A DNA stretch of 63,417 bases, the filler included, from Chiloscyllium plagiosum (taxonomy: Eukaryota): the NCBI RefSeq assembly GCF_004010195.1. It is 5 parts of one record of this genome, joined end to end, with 100 filler letters (N's around TTAATTAATTAA, not from the genome) between each part and the next. Parts side by side here need not be neighbours in the genome. Positions count along the whole stretch, not along the records: positions 1 to 13,237 come from NC_057711.1; positions 13,338 to 20,784 come from NC_057711.1; positions 20,885 to 49,504 come from NC_057711.1; 2 more parts are not named here. One strand, given 5' to 3'. A program made the translations under genes and the position numbers. Under the pieces are notes generated by a model. The model ran no database searches and was not told the origin of the DNA. It saw only the letters and a list, made by a program, of their open reading frames with translations. Positions within the stretch are counted from its first letter, which is position 1. The number at the start of each line of letters is the position of its first letter. This document shows positions 12,751 to 24,901 of this stretch, one piece after another.

Positions 12751-13023
12751 TTCATAATGTGGAAATTACAGAGGCATTCACCTCATTGTCAATCTTCCTT
12801 AGATACAGGTGTGGTTTCAGAGGACAGAAGATACATGTTACACCCTTGTTCAAAGCACAGGCTTGTCAGTTTAACTTGGGTGTTAGGGAAAATTTAACAA
12901 CAATCAGAGGCAGCTACTCAGACAAATGTAAGGAAAGCAAGCATGAATTTTTTAAAGGCAACTTTTATTTACTTAGCTTGTTTGAGTTTTTTTGAGGCAA
13001 TAGAAAGCATTAGTGAAGGTAAT

Positions 13024-13237
13024 GCGCAGCAGGTCAGGCAGCATCCAAGGAACAGGAGAATCGACGTTTCGGGCATAAGCCCTTCTTCAGGAATGAGGAA
13101 AGTGTGTCCAGCGGGCTAAGATAAAAGGTAGGGAGGAGGGACTTGGGGGAGGGGCGTTGGAAATGCGATAGGTGGAGAGAGGTCAAGGTGAGGGTGATAG
13201 GCCGGAGTGGGGTGGGGGCGGAGAGGTCAGAAAGAAG
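13024..13237 (-). mobile_element. PLE 3' region with intact hammerhead core (runs into gap)
   Basis: Reverse complement reads CCTGAAGA-AGGGCTTATGCCC-GAAACGTC; same family as 44054-44303. Confidence 0.8.
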
Positions 13238-13337
13238 NNNNNNNNNNNNNNNNNNNNNNNNNNNNNNNNNNNNNNNNNNNNTTAATTAATTAANNNNNNN
13301 NNNNNNNNNNNNNNNNNNNNNNNNNNNNNNNNNNNNN
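13238..13337. other. Artificial 100-bp scaffold linker (N44-TTAATTAATTAA-N44)
   Basis: Identical spacers at 13238-13337, 20785-20884, 49505-49604 and 58843-58942. The 12-mer places stop codons in all six frames. Confidence 0.95.
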
Positions 13338-14268
13338 TTTGGTCGCCATACTATTGGAAGGATGTGGAGGCACTGGAACGGGTGCAGAGGATGTTTACCA
13401 GGATGTTGCCTGGTATGGTAGGAAGATTGTATGAGGAAAGGCTGAGGCACTTGGGGCTGTTTTCATTGGAGGAAAGAAGTTTTAGGGGTGACTTGATAGA
13501 GGTGTATAAGATGATTAGGGGTTTAGATAGGGTCGACAGTGAGAATCTTTTTCCACGTATGGAGTCAGCTATTACGAGGGGGCATAGCTTTAAATTAAGG
13601 GGTGGTCGGTATAGGACAGATGTTAGGGGTAGATTCTTTACTCCGTGAGTCGTGAGTTCATGGAATGCCCTGGCAGTAGCAGTGGTGGACTCTCCCTCTT
13701 TATGGGCATTTAAGCGGGCATTGGATAGGCATATGGAGGATAGTGGGCTAGTGTAGGGTAGGTGGGCTTGGATCGGCGTAACATCGAGGTCCAAAGGGCC
13801 TGTACTGCGCTGTATTCTTCTATGTTCTATGTCAACAGTCTGAAGTAGGACTTTTTTCTTTAGAGTGTAGTAGACTGAAGGGGGATCTTATAGAAGTGTA
13901 TAAGATCATGAGAGGCATGGGTAGGGTGAATGCACTCAGTCTTTTTCCCAGGGTTGGGGAATCAAGGACTAGAGGGCATCTGTTTAAGGTTAAATGGGAA
14001 ACAATAAAAGGAAGCCCGAGGGGCAACAGGTTTTCACAGAATGTGATATGCATATGCGATGAGTTGCCAGTGAAAGTGGTTGGGGGTGGGTACATTAACA
14101 ACATTGAAAAGGCATTTGGACAAATACATGGGTAGGAAAGGATTAGGAGGACTTGGGCGAGTGCAGAGAAATGGGGTTACGTGAATGGACATTTTTGGTC
14201 AGCATGGACCAGTTTGAGCCAAAGGGCCTCTCTCCATGTGGTAGGACTCTAAGATTCTATGACCCTAT
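13338..14268 (+). mobile_element. Two tandem CR1 3' ends
   Basis: ORFs 13364-13648 and 13896-14135 (RGDLIEVYK.. motif); tails TTCTATG at about 13820 and CTATGA at about 14260. Confidence 0.88.
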
Positions 14269-15545
14269 GTTTAATTGAATGCAGTTGGTGGACAATAACT
14301 GGGGATTCATGAGCCTTTTTAAATGGTCCCCAACACAAAGCTATGGTTGTTGAGATAACAGATGTATACTTGCACTTTCCAACTATATAAATAAACATAA
14401 CTACAAAAAGGTCAGTTCCAGTTCCAGTCCTCACCACTTGATTTCCAAAGTTGAAAATCATTCTTATAAAAACTGCTTAAAAGAGCAATTGTCAGTGGAT
14501 CAAAAATCTAGACCTCTCTACCTCTTAACTTTGTGAGAATATCTTTGTCACTGGCATTGCAGCTGTTCAAGAAGAAGCATTTTACTGCAATATCCCACAC
14601 TAGCCCAGCTTCCTCGTTGATATCACTCAGTTGAGATGGGGGAGGCGGGGGGTTATGTCTTTCCAAATTTAAACAATGAATTCAAAGCATTTTTGAGACA
14701 GAATTCTGTGCTGATGGTTCAGTCAGAATTTAAAAGTGTCTGATTATGGGCAGTCCCCAAACACCAATGATTTATAGCAAGAAGGAATGATTTAAAGAAT
14801 ATTCATAAATGTTTAATTTCATCTCCTTAGAACTGTGATTCCTGCTCCTTTTTAAAATTGTGCATACTGTGTTTGGCAATTCATCTTGTTAACTGCCAGT
14901 CAGCTCAAAAAGCAGATGTACCTAATGCGGCACACAATCAGAAGGAATAGGGGAACTAACTATTTTAAAAATATCAAAGACCAAAACACTTTCCAGATAG
15001 CTTGAAGTATGAATCTGTAATCTGGGTCATCCTGCCTCACATGGAGAAAGGCAAGAGTAAATATTTCCTTCCTGCCATAAATCAGTCACCTTTGCCCTAT
15101 CAGATAACCAACAAGCCTAATGTACAAAGAATAATTGTATTCAACTTTTAATGATTTGACTGTCTGAATAACTTGGACATGGTCTTCATTTCTCCTTAAT
15201 GCAATGTGTTAGAAGATACCGACAGCTGTAAAATGAGAGCAAGAAGTCAATGCTGAATTTCAATCTACTTGATGAAATAACTTGTTGCATGCTACAGAAT
15301 AGCATAGTAGAACACTAACTTTATAATAAAAGGAACTGTGGAATATTGAAATCAATACATATAGAAATGATTGGGAAATAGCAAAAGGGTTCAGAGCTAG
15401 GGTCTTAAATAATACTTTGTTATGTTTAGAAGCTATTCTTGAACTAAAGCCAAAGACTCTCAATGATAAATGAGTGGAACAGTTCGAACTGTTGCAGGCC
15501 TTCAATCTCCTAAAACTTTACAGGCAGCACTGCCATACAGTTTGT

Positions 15546-16430
15546 TTTTATAGGTACATGAGCAAGTTAGAAATAGGAGTACAGCTAGGTTGCATGGCCT
15601 CTTAAGTGTGCTCTGCCACTCCACAAGATCATGGCTGAACTTTATCATCAGTTCCACTTTCCTAACCTTTCTTCAAATGGTTTAATTGATTATTAATGAA
15701 TGAACAACATCTTTTCAGGTTTCATGGCCCCTAGAGAGGAAGAGAGACCAATGAGCTGGGGGGCAGATGCAGGTAAGACTTGGGGTACATCACCAACCTC
15801 CTGGCCAACATGTGAACAAGCCACAGGATGGGCACAATGCAGAATTGATTCAGAGGGAAACACCCATCCTCAGGAGAGAAAATAATGTCCCATACTAAAT
15901 TTGTCCCAAAACTCAGAGTGGCAATGTCAGCTTGTCACTGATCTCTGCATCATATTGAAGGGTGAGCTGATAGCCCATTTTATTCGGTGAGCACTAAGTG
16001 CCATTTGCCATGAGGATCATCAATGTGTTCAATTTCTATATCTTTGTTTCATTCCAGGGATCTACTGCAGATATGTGGGAGATCTGCCAGTCCACAGCTT
16101 ATCAGTGCATCAATTCCATACATGAGTGTCTGTAGTGTATGACTTTTTGCCCCAACTCATGTGCCCTAACTCTTGCCTGCATCTGCCCCCCAGCTCACTT
16201 GCCCCTCTTCCTCTCTAGGGGCTATGAAACCTGAAAAGGTGTTGTTCATTCCCTTAGCATACATATCTATGACTCTATGACTATAATCAGTTAAGCAATT
16301 TGAAGAAATGTTAGGAAAGAGGAACTGATGGTAAAGTTCAGTCGTGATCTTGTGGAGAGGCACAGTATGCTTAAGAGGCCATGCAACCTACCCGTACTCC
16401 TATTTCTAACTTGCTCATGTACCTATAAAA
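15546..16430. repeat. Long inverted duplication (arms 15546-15790 and 16159-16430)
   Basis: The arms are reverse complements. Mirror ORFs in the track (MNNIFSGFMAPREEERPMSWGADAGK on +, MNNTFSGFIAPREEEGQVSWGADAGK on -) confirm this. Confidence 0.9.
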
Positions 16431-16497
16431 GTCTGACTTGGAAACCTAGGGTATAGATGTCCTTTGGATTTGGAGCCTTAGTGAATTTCTTCAAGGC

Positions 16498-16666
16498 AAA
16501 AGTGAGTACTGCAGATGCTGGAGAGCAGAGTCGAGAGTGTGGTGCTGGAAAAGCATAGCAGGTCAGGTAGCATCGTTCCTGATGAAGGGCTTGTGCCCAA
16601 AATGTTGATTTTCCTGCTCCTCAGAAGCTGCCTGAGTGGCTGTGCTTTTCCAGCAACACACTCTCG
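16498..16666. mobile_element. Foldback PLE mini-insertion with hammerhead-like core
   Basis: Inverted terminal-repeat halves meet at TTCCTGATGAAGGGCTTGTGCCC. TSD AGTGA(A/G)TTTCTTCA at 16480-16493 and 16667-16680. Confidence 0.8.
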
Positions 16667-16714
16667 AGTGAGTTTCTTCAGGCCACCATCCGCACATGTG
16701 CAGATCAGCCATTA

Positions 16715-16870
16715 AGAGACAGTGAAGAACTGCAGATGCTGGAGAGTCAGCTTTGAAGACTGTGACATTGGAAAAGTACTGATGAAGGACTTATGCCTGA
16801 AAAGTCGGCTCTCCTGCTTCTCGGATGCTGCCTGACATGCTGTGCTTTTCCAGCACCACATTTTTAAACC
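16715..16870. mobile_element. Foldback PLE mini-insertion with hammerhead-like core
   Basis: TSD CAGATCAGC(C/T)ATTA at 16701-16714 and 16871-16884; core CTGATGA-AGGACTTATGCCT-GAAA. Confidence 0.8.
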
Positions 16871-17242
16871 CAGATCAGCTATTAGTTCATTAACAGGAAG
16901 GGCTTTCACTCATTCTCTGTACAACAGGTCTGCAACCATTGAAAGAAAATCCTTCAAGTGAAGGCATGATTTCCACTAAACAGTTATGAAATTATACAGT
17001 ACATTTGTTTCCAGAAAGCATTTGACAAGGTAGCACAAAGTAGAATTTCATGGTATAATGGGCAATTTATTAGCATAGGTGGAAGGTTGGTTGGCTGGCG
17101 TAAAACAGACAGAATGCAGAAGTAAGTGTTTCAAAGGAGGCTTACTAGATTGAATGAATCAGTTGTCTTCTGAGAAAAAGCAGACTTGGTTTGTTTCCAC
17201 TGGAGTTTAGAAGAGTGAGGGTGACTGATTGAGGAACACTGG

Positions 17243-17586
17243 GGGGTACGGTGCTCAGAGGTTAGCACTGCTGCCTCACAGTGCCAGGGAACCAGGTTTG
17301 CTTCCAGCCTCGGGCAACTGTCTTTATGGAATTTGCATGTTCTCCTCGTGTCTGTGTGGGTTTCCTCTGGGTGCTTTGATTTCCTCCCACAGTGCAAAGA
17401 TGTGCAGGTTAGGTGGATTGTCCATGCTAAATGATTCATAGCATTCAGGGATGTGTAGGTTAGGTGCATTAGCTGTGGATAATGCAGTGTTATAGGATAG
17501 AGGGATAGGTCTGGGTGAGATGCTGTTCAGAGGGTTGGTTTGGATGTGTGGGGCGAAATGGCCTGTTTGCACACAGTGGGGATTCT
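17243..17586 (+). mobile_element. HE1-like tRNA-derived V-SINE
   Basis: tRNA-like head (GGTGCTCAGAGGTTAGCACTGCTGCCTCAC), V-type core (GTTCTCCTCGTGTCTGTGTGGGTTTCC), CR1-like tail. Confidence 0.85.
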
Positions 17587-18204
17587 GCTGAACAAAAAAT
17601 CTTGAAAGTCCTTGAGAAGGTGGACACAGAAAGACTAGGCTGAATCTTATCACAAGGTGTAAATTTTTGTGAGTCTCATGGAGGGTCTTACTACGTGAGG
17701 CCAAGAGGGATTGATTGCTTATACCATCTTTGCAAACTCACCTCATCACCAAACACCCCAATGGTACCCTGCTCATTGTATTCTCCTTGCCACTGCTGGG
17801 ACACCATGGGACACCTGACATTGGAGTTTGCTGCTGGTCCTGGCTTTGCTGGCACATCTGGCGCTCCTCCACTTCTTTGAGCCTTTGTTGCACCATGGGT
17901 AACATTGATGATAATACCTGCTGTGATTGGAAGGAGCAAGCAGGATGGAAAAAGGAGAATCAGTACATTTAGTTTATTTGGTTTTCCAAAATGTGCTGAT
18001 AGGTGCTAAATAAAATATTACAACACAAGAGCTCATAGTGATGTGAATATCATATTAATGTGGATAGGAGGCTAGTTAACGATAATTTTCAGAGTGGCCA
18101 GAAGACTACCACAGGGATCAGTGCTGGGCTTTAAGGATTTATGCTTTATACTAATGATATGGATGAAAGGACAGGCTCCACTAGAGCCAAATGTCCAGAA
18201 AAAG

Positions 18205-18510
18205 GGGTGGCATGGTGGATCAGTGGTTAGCACTGCTACCTCACAGCACCAGGGAACCGGGTTCGATTCCAGTCTCGGGTGACTATCTGTGTGGAGTTTG
18301 CACATTCTCCCCCTGTCTGCGTGGGTTTCCTCCCATAATCCAAAAAAAGATATGCAGGTTAGGTGAATTGGCCATACTAAATTGCCCATAGTGTAAGTTA
18401 TTAATCACGAAAAATACAGGGTAGGGGAATTAGTCTGGGTGGGTCACTCTATGGAGGGTTGGTGTGGATTTGTTGGGCCGAAGGGCCTGTTTCCACACTG
18501 TAGGGATTCT
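18205..18510 (+). mobile_element. HE1-like V-SINE
   Basis: A box TGGATCAGTGG, B box GGTTCGATTCC, V core, tail GGGCCTGTTTCCACACTGTAGGGATTCT. Confidence 0.88.
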
Positions 18511-18619
18511 AATTCAAAATATGATGATAAGTAGAAAGGCAAGCTATGAGGAAGATATAAAAAGATTGCAAAAGAATTCAAATAGTTTAAGTGAATGAGC
18601 AAAGAAATGGCAGACAGAC

Positions 18620-20005
18620 TCAGTTTAATCATGGTCACGGGGGAACTATTGGAAGCAATTCTGACGGACAGGATTAATATGTATTTGGAGAGACAGGGAT
18701 TGATCAAGAACAGTCAGCAAGGTTTTGTTAAGGGGACGTCGTGTTTGACCAACTTGATTGAACTGTTTAAATAGGTGACCAGGTGTGTAGACGAGGGTAA
18801 ATCTTTTGATGTAGTCTATTTGGATTTTAGTAAAGCTTTTGATAAGGTCCTGTATGGGAGATTGATAGCAAAGGTAAGATACCATAGGATCTAAGGAAAT
18901 TTGGCAAAATGGATCCACAATTGTTTGAATGGAAGAAAGCAGAGGAGTAATGGTTGAGGGTTGCCTATCTGACTGCAAGTCTATCTCTAGTGGGGTCTGA
19001 CAGGAGTCAGTGTTGTGGCCATTGCTGTGGTGGTTTATATATATGATTTAGACTGTAATATAGGAGGGTTGACCAGTAAGTTTGCAGACAATACCATAAT
19101 TGGTGGGATGGTAAATAATGAGGAGAATAGCCTTAGGCTACAAGAGGGCTACAGATGGGTTGGTGAGATGGGCTGATCTATAGCAAATGGAATTTAATTC
19201 AGATAAATGTGAGGTGATGCACTTGGACAGGCAAAACAAGGCCTGGGAATGCTTGATGAATGGTCAGATCTGGGAATCACTGGAGGTCAGAGGGACCCTG
19301 ATGTACATGTACACTGGTTCCTTATGATATCAGGACAGATGGATTAAGTGATTAAGAAGACATTTAAGATACTTGCCTTCTTTGTTTGTTGAGGCATATA
19401 GCTTAAGAGCAGGGAGATTATGCTTGAACTGTGTAAAATGTTGGTTAGGCACAGCTACAGTATTATGTACAATTCTGGAATCCACATTATAGGATGGGTA
19501 TCATTGCATTGGAGAGAGTGCAGAAGAGATTTACTAGAATGTTGTCTTGGCTGGATAATTTCAGTTATGAAGTGAGATTGGACAGAATGGTGTTGTATTC
19601 CTTAGAGCAGATGAGATTGAGAGGTGACATATTTGAAATACATAACATCATCAAGGACATAGGGCAGACAGGAAGAAACTTTTCCATGTGATGGAGGCAT
19701 CTGTGATCAGAGGGCATAGCTAAAAAGCAAGGGCAGAAGGTTTAGAGGAAATGTGAAGAAAAATTTTTACATCCAGAAGTTGCTGGGAATCTGGACACTG
19801 TCTGTAAGGGTAGTGGAGGCAGAACCCTCATTATATTTTATAAAGTATTTAGATGTGCTCTTGCAATGCCAAGGCATAAAAGACTATGGCCCAAGTGCTG
19901 GAAATTTGGATTAGAACAGTTAGGTGGGGTTGCTTTTAACCAGTACAAATGTGATAGACTGATGGGCCTCTTTCTGTGCTGTAGATCTCAATAACTCTAT
20001 GACTA
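18620..20005 (+). mobile_element. Decayed CR1 LINE (RT to 3' tail)
   Basis: QQGF..GTSCLTNL, VYLDFSKAFDKV, KFADNT and ORF 19494-19691 (ALERVQKRFTRML); CTATGA tail. Confidence 0.85.
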
Positions 20006-20159
20006 TAATGTGGAAAAATGTGAGGATGAACCCTTTAGAGGAAAAATGAAAATGTAGTGTTTTATTTAAGTGTAGAGAGAAACTAAAGACTGGCGCAGTA
20101 AAGAGGGATGGAGATTTTGTCCTCTAAAAAATGATTGAGAAGGTTGGGCCTAATTCCAA

Positions 20160-20784
20160 CTTTGAGTGCGAGCAGCAGCTAAGGTAAGACAGTTTGTTTT
20201 AAGATTACTTACCGGTAGCGGACAGCGGTATTTTTTTTCTCTTTTACAGAAAGATCGGGAGCAGCAGGGGGAAGTGACGAAGATCAGAGGGGCAGCCGGG
20301 TAGGTTTTTTTTTCCCTTTAAAAGCGCGCAGGAGAAGAACCCGAGGCACTACAGAGGTAGTGCCTCCCACCCGCCCTCCTCCTCTAACCTAAATAATAAG
20401 ACCCGTTGTGGTAAGTAGGTAAGTGCTGCATTTTGCTTGTTGTATACTTTAGACCCAGTTTTTTTTAAAAATAAATGTTAGCTTTAGAGGGATGGCAGTG
20501 AAGGCAGTGCAATGTTCCTCCTGCAACATGTATGAGGTGAGGGATGCCATCGACGTCCCTGCCGATTACACTTGCAGGAAGTGCACCCATCTCCAGCCCC
20601 TCCAAGACCGTGTTAGGGAACTGGAGCTGGAGTTGGATGAACGTAGGATCATTCGGGAGGCAGATGGGGTCATAGATCGGAGCTTTAGGGAAGTAATAAC
20701 TCCAAAGATTGCAGACAGATGGGTGACAGTGAGGGGGACTGGGAGGAAGCAGCCAGTGCAGGGACCCCCTGCGGCCGTCCCCCT
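20160..20784 (+). mobile_element. CR1 LINE 5' UTR and start of ORF1 (Zn finger plus coiled coil), young copy
   Basis: ORF from 20492: QCSSCNM...YTCRKC...RVRELELELDE, the typical CR1 ORF1 N-terminus; CpG-retaining 5' UTR. Confidence 0.85.
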
Positions 20785-20884
20785 NNNNNNNNNNNNNNNN
20801 NNNNNNNNNNNNNNNNNNNNNNNNNNNNTTAATTAATTAANNNNNNNNNNNNNNNNNNNNNNNNNNNNNNNNNNNNNNNNNNNN

Positions 20885-21120
20885 GGGGGTAGGTATAGGA
20901 CAGATGTTAGGGGTAGGTTCTTTACTTAGCGAGTCGTGAGTTCATGGAATGCCCTGCCAGTACCAGTAGTGGACTCTCCCTCATTATTGTCATTTAAGCG
21001 GGCATTGGATAGGCATATGGAGGATAGTGGGCTAGTGTAGGTTAGGTGGGCTTGGATCGGCGCAACATTGAGGGCCGAAGGGCCTGTACTGCGCTGTATT
21101 GTTCTATGTTCTATGTTCTA
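20885..21120 (+). mobile_element. CR1 3' end
   Basis: Near-identical to about 13598-13831; (TTCTATG)n tail. Confidence 0.88.
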
Positions 21121-23734
21121 ATTCCATTGGGTTTAGAAGAATGAAGTTGTATTGAAGCATATAAGATTCTAAGGTGTTCAACATTGCAGATGCTGAGAGG
21201 ATGTATCGTCTCATGGGGTAATCTAGAAGTAGGACTGCAGTTTGAAAATAAGGTGTCTGTTTTTAATATGGAGGAAATTCTTGTCCGAAGATTTGTTATT
21301 ATTTGAAATTCAGTCCCCTCGCATGAAGGAAAGGCTAAAAAAATTGAATACTCAGGCTGAGTAAAATAGATGTTTGATTTATAAGGAAGTCAAGGGACGT
21401 GAGTTAAGCAGGCAGGTTGAGTTAAGGCCACATTCAGATCAAACTTAATCTTATTTAAAACATTCTAGGATCTGAATCACATTTGCCTGCCCCTGCTTCT
21501 CATGTTCTCACATAAAAGACAATTACATTATTATTTAAGAAGGAAGAATTTGCACGTTATGGAGAAGGGTAAGGAATTGAATTTTATTGGATACCTTTTT
21601 CAGAGCGGTTAGATAAACAGGAAAGGCTGAACGGCTTCCTATTGTGCCTTTTAAAATTATCTACGAACCCAGAGAGTTAAAGCAACAGTTCTTTACAAGG
21701 TCTATTTCATAATTTCTTACCTGATGAATTGAATGCTCTCAAGACATTTCAATTCAAAATGTCATTGCTAAGAATTTCAAGTGCTTAAGCAAGTTGAAAT
21801 AAAATTTTGAGCAAATAGTAACGTGTATTTTTACAACAATTTCTTCAGTTATTTATCATTTTTTTTGCATTTTAGGTCATGGATCAGGTAAAGTGTAAAA
21901 TGAGCTGCTGGCTTGGACAAAGTCAGTACATATTTGTGTGGTCTTTCAGCAAGGACTTTACATCTGGTTCCCATAAAATATCTCAAAGATAACTCCAGGC
22001 ATTGAGATTTCTTCTGGCATAAGTTGAAAAGTTGCTGTCATTTCCTGTTCCTCATATTGAATTTGTTACTAGCAGCAAGGCTGTTGTGATGTCAAACTGG
22101 GTCACTTGGTCAGTAATTATCCACAAATGACAAAAAAGGGTGCTGGAATCAAAAACCTTAAATTCAAAGTCTTACAATTCTGACCTTTCAATAAAGAGAG
22201 GTGCTTGAAGCAAATACGTCCTTGGAAATTTTGGACGCAGACATTATCTCCCCAAAAATCTGCACTTAAAATGACAGGAATCTTTACATTTGCATTTATA
22301 CTAAACTAACTCACTCAAATTATTACCATACAGCTGAATAGTTGGTGAGGCTCTGGGAACAAATCTTCTCAAAACTAGTTAGTAGGCACTCGGAAAACCA
22401 GCTGTGTCACCCGGGGTCATTCTCACAGGCAAATAAATAATAATCTGACCAGCTTCCTAAAGGACAGAGGCAAGGCTCTTTTTTCTGGGAAAAGAACTTT
22501 TGTTTTCAGAAATTACCTCACAATTTATTTTTATTTCCTTTTAGATCAAATACTATGCAGTCCCTGTGTCATATAATCTAGACCATATATATGTAGAGAT
22601 ATCCTTTGTAGATTATGTTAGATGTGATTGTAATAACTGTAGATTCAGCCTAGTATCGAGTAGCTATGATTGGGTTTACTTCTGAAAATTTCATAATCAA
22701 TATGTGCAATTTATGCATGAGAGAATCTCCCTTAACTTTTTTCACATAAAAAAAGAATTTATTGTAATTAAAATGAGGACATGAAAATATATAGGTCAGG
22801 AAGCAAATGTCTGGTTTCATTATGAGTTCTAGTTTATATTTAGATTTATTTAATATTGTCCCTTTACCTACGCAGAGTGAAAAGTGTGCAACGTGGCCAC
22901 GCTCTGGTGCCATCTTGGATTACATAATAAATTACTGAATAAATTGTAAAAATACAGAATAAATAAATAATTTGGCATTTTACTCACTTTTGTCCTTTGT
23001 TGCATTTGAATTTGTGTTGATTAGTTACCATCCCTTCATTATGTTAAATTTCTCAAACACACCACCATAATGGAGATGATAAAGGTCATGGGGTTAAATT
23101 GGATAACCCCGAACATGGAAATGGAGTCATAAAGGGCTACAGAACAGAAACAGGTCCTTCAGCCCATTACATCTGCGCCAGTCAAGAACAAGCACCTGAC
23201 TATTCTAATCTACATTTTTAGCACTTGTTCCATAAACTTATATGCCTTGGTATCTCAAGTGCACATCTATTTATTTCTAAAATGTTATTAGAGTTTCTGC
23301 CTATACCATTCTTACAGGTAGTGAGTTCCAGAGTTCCACCTGGGGAAAACATTTTTCCTCAAAACGATGATTAACCTAAGCCTGTTCAATGCCCTGGAGG
23401 TGACACATCAAATTGGTGCTGCCTGTGACTTTGCATGATATCTGATAAACAAGCAGCATTACTCATACTGCTCATTGGCTGCATTCAGAGGCATGGAATC
23501 CAATATTGCCAGCAGTCTGCATTACATAAAGGCAACCTGTACCCTTTAGAGTGGCAAAAGATTCTACCTGCTAGAAGTGGTGCAGGTGTTTTGTGAACTG
23601 AATCTGTGTTATAAAGAAATGAAGAATGGCTGGACAAATAAAAAGGAAGCAACATGGTTTTCCAATAACTTAAGGAGACACTGGTGTAGAAGCTGGAGTG
23701 AATAAGCAATGTACGGCATGGATAATAGAAATCT

Positions 23735-23925
23735 TTTAGAGTCATACAACATGCAAACAGACCCTTTGGCCCACCATGTCTATGCCGGTCAACACTGATC
23801 CCATTTACCTGCACTTGGTCCAAATAACCATTTCCTATGACTAATCCACCTAGCCTGCACATCTCTGGACATTATGGACAATTTAGCATGACTAATCCAC
23901 CTAACCTACACACCTTTGGACTATG
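23735..23925 (-). mobile_element. HE1-like SINE partial copy
   Basis: Reverse complement of the ATGTGCAGGCTAGGTGGATTAG segment, present twice, plus tail. Confidence 0.6.
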
Positions 23926-24901
23926 CCGCTCATAATTTTGTATGCCTCAAGCAGATCCTCTCCAGCCTCCACTGCTTCAGGGAAAACAAACACAGCCTAT
24001 TCAATCTTTCCTCATAATGAGTTTTTCCATCCCAGGCAACATCCTGTTGAATCTGCCTGTACCCTCATCAGTGCAATGTTGTTAATAGAAAATAGTAAAG
24101 TCAATTATACTTATGTTTTAAAAAATGGGACGCTTGTCTTTATTATGGACTCAGAGTCATAGAGTTATACAGCATGGAAACAGACCTTTTGGTCTAACAC
24201 AACAACACCAATCAGATACTCTAAACTGAACTAGTGCCATTTGCCAGCATTTAGCCCATACAGCTCTAAACCCTTCCTACTTGTGTACCCATCCAGCTAT
24301 CTTTTAAATGTTGTAATTAAGAATAGGACTGGATTTTCAATACAGCATGAGTTATGGGTTTCCCCATCTTGGCAGACCTACCTTGGTTTTATGTGCCTAG
24401 TATGTATAATTTTTTTTTAATCAGAGGAACAGGGCAGTAGATGGATTGCGAAAGTGGGTTAGATTCTTGCCTGATGGTACCCAAAGCATATCCTAGGTAG
24501 CCATGGAGCAGGTAAGTGCTGAGATGGACAGGGGTGGGCTGGTTGAAGCCTTGTCTCAGTTCTCTAAGAAAAAGCTATAATAAAAGCAGATAGACCCTTT
24601 AACACTCATCCCTGACACTCCTATTTCCCCATCCTCACCCCATGGCCTCCAAAGCAATTTAATGATAATTATTGTGCCCATTTTGCAGGGCAGCTCTTAC
24701 TCCATGCCAACAAAAACGCCAATCCTGTTGCCCATCGACTCCTCATAACTCTTCATGATCTCAATGTCAAGTTCTGTTCCCAAACTTTCCCCATGATCCA
24801 TTCCATGATTCCTTGCTACAACGTGCCACTCACCTCATCTGGACCATGATACTCGCCATGCCAAATTAATGTCAAATCAGTTAGCATTGTCCATGGGCAG
24901 A

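Noticed and set aside
13282..13293. Palindromic TTAATTAATTAA recurring four times
   Set aside because: Always centred in an exact 100-bp N block, so it is an artificial six-frame-stop scaffolding linker. Adjacency across these points is unverified.
17243..17320. tRNA-like sequences with A/B boxes
   Set aside because: These are SINE heads followed by a V core and LINE-like tail, not tRNA genes.
22545..22685. Strong acceptor followed by 46 open codons containing YVEISFVDYVRCDC, reminiscent of the PlGF/VEGF cystine-knot end
   Set aside because: The conserved His is missing, there is no donor in the expected phase, the composition is AT-rich and low-complexity, and no other VEGF-like exon is in the window. 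Probably chance; TBLASTN or RNA-seq would settle it.
22850..22920. ORF start MAPERGHVAHFSL with CAAGATGGC context
   Set aside because: It resembles a repeat 3' end also seen at about 50245-50320 (ACACTTTTCACT...GACAAT). No coding evidence.
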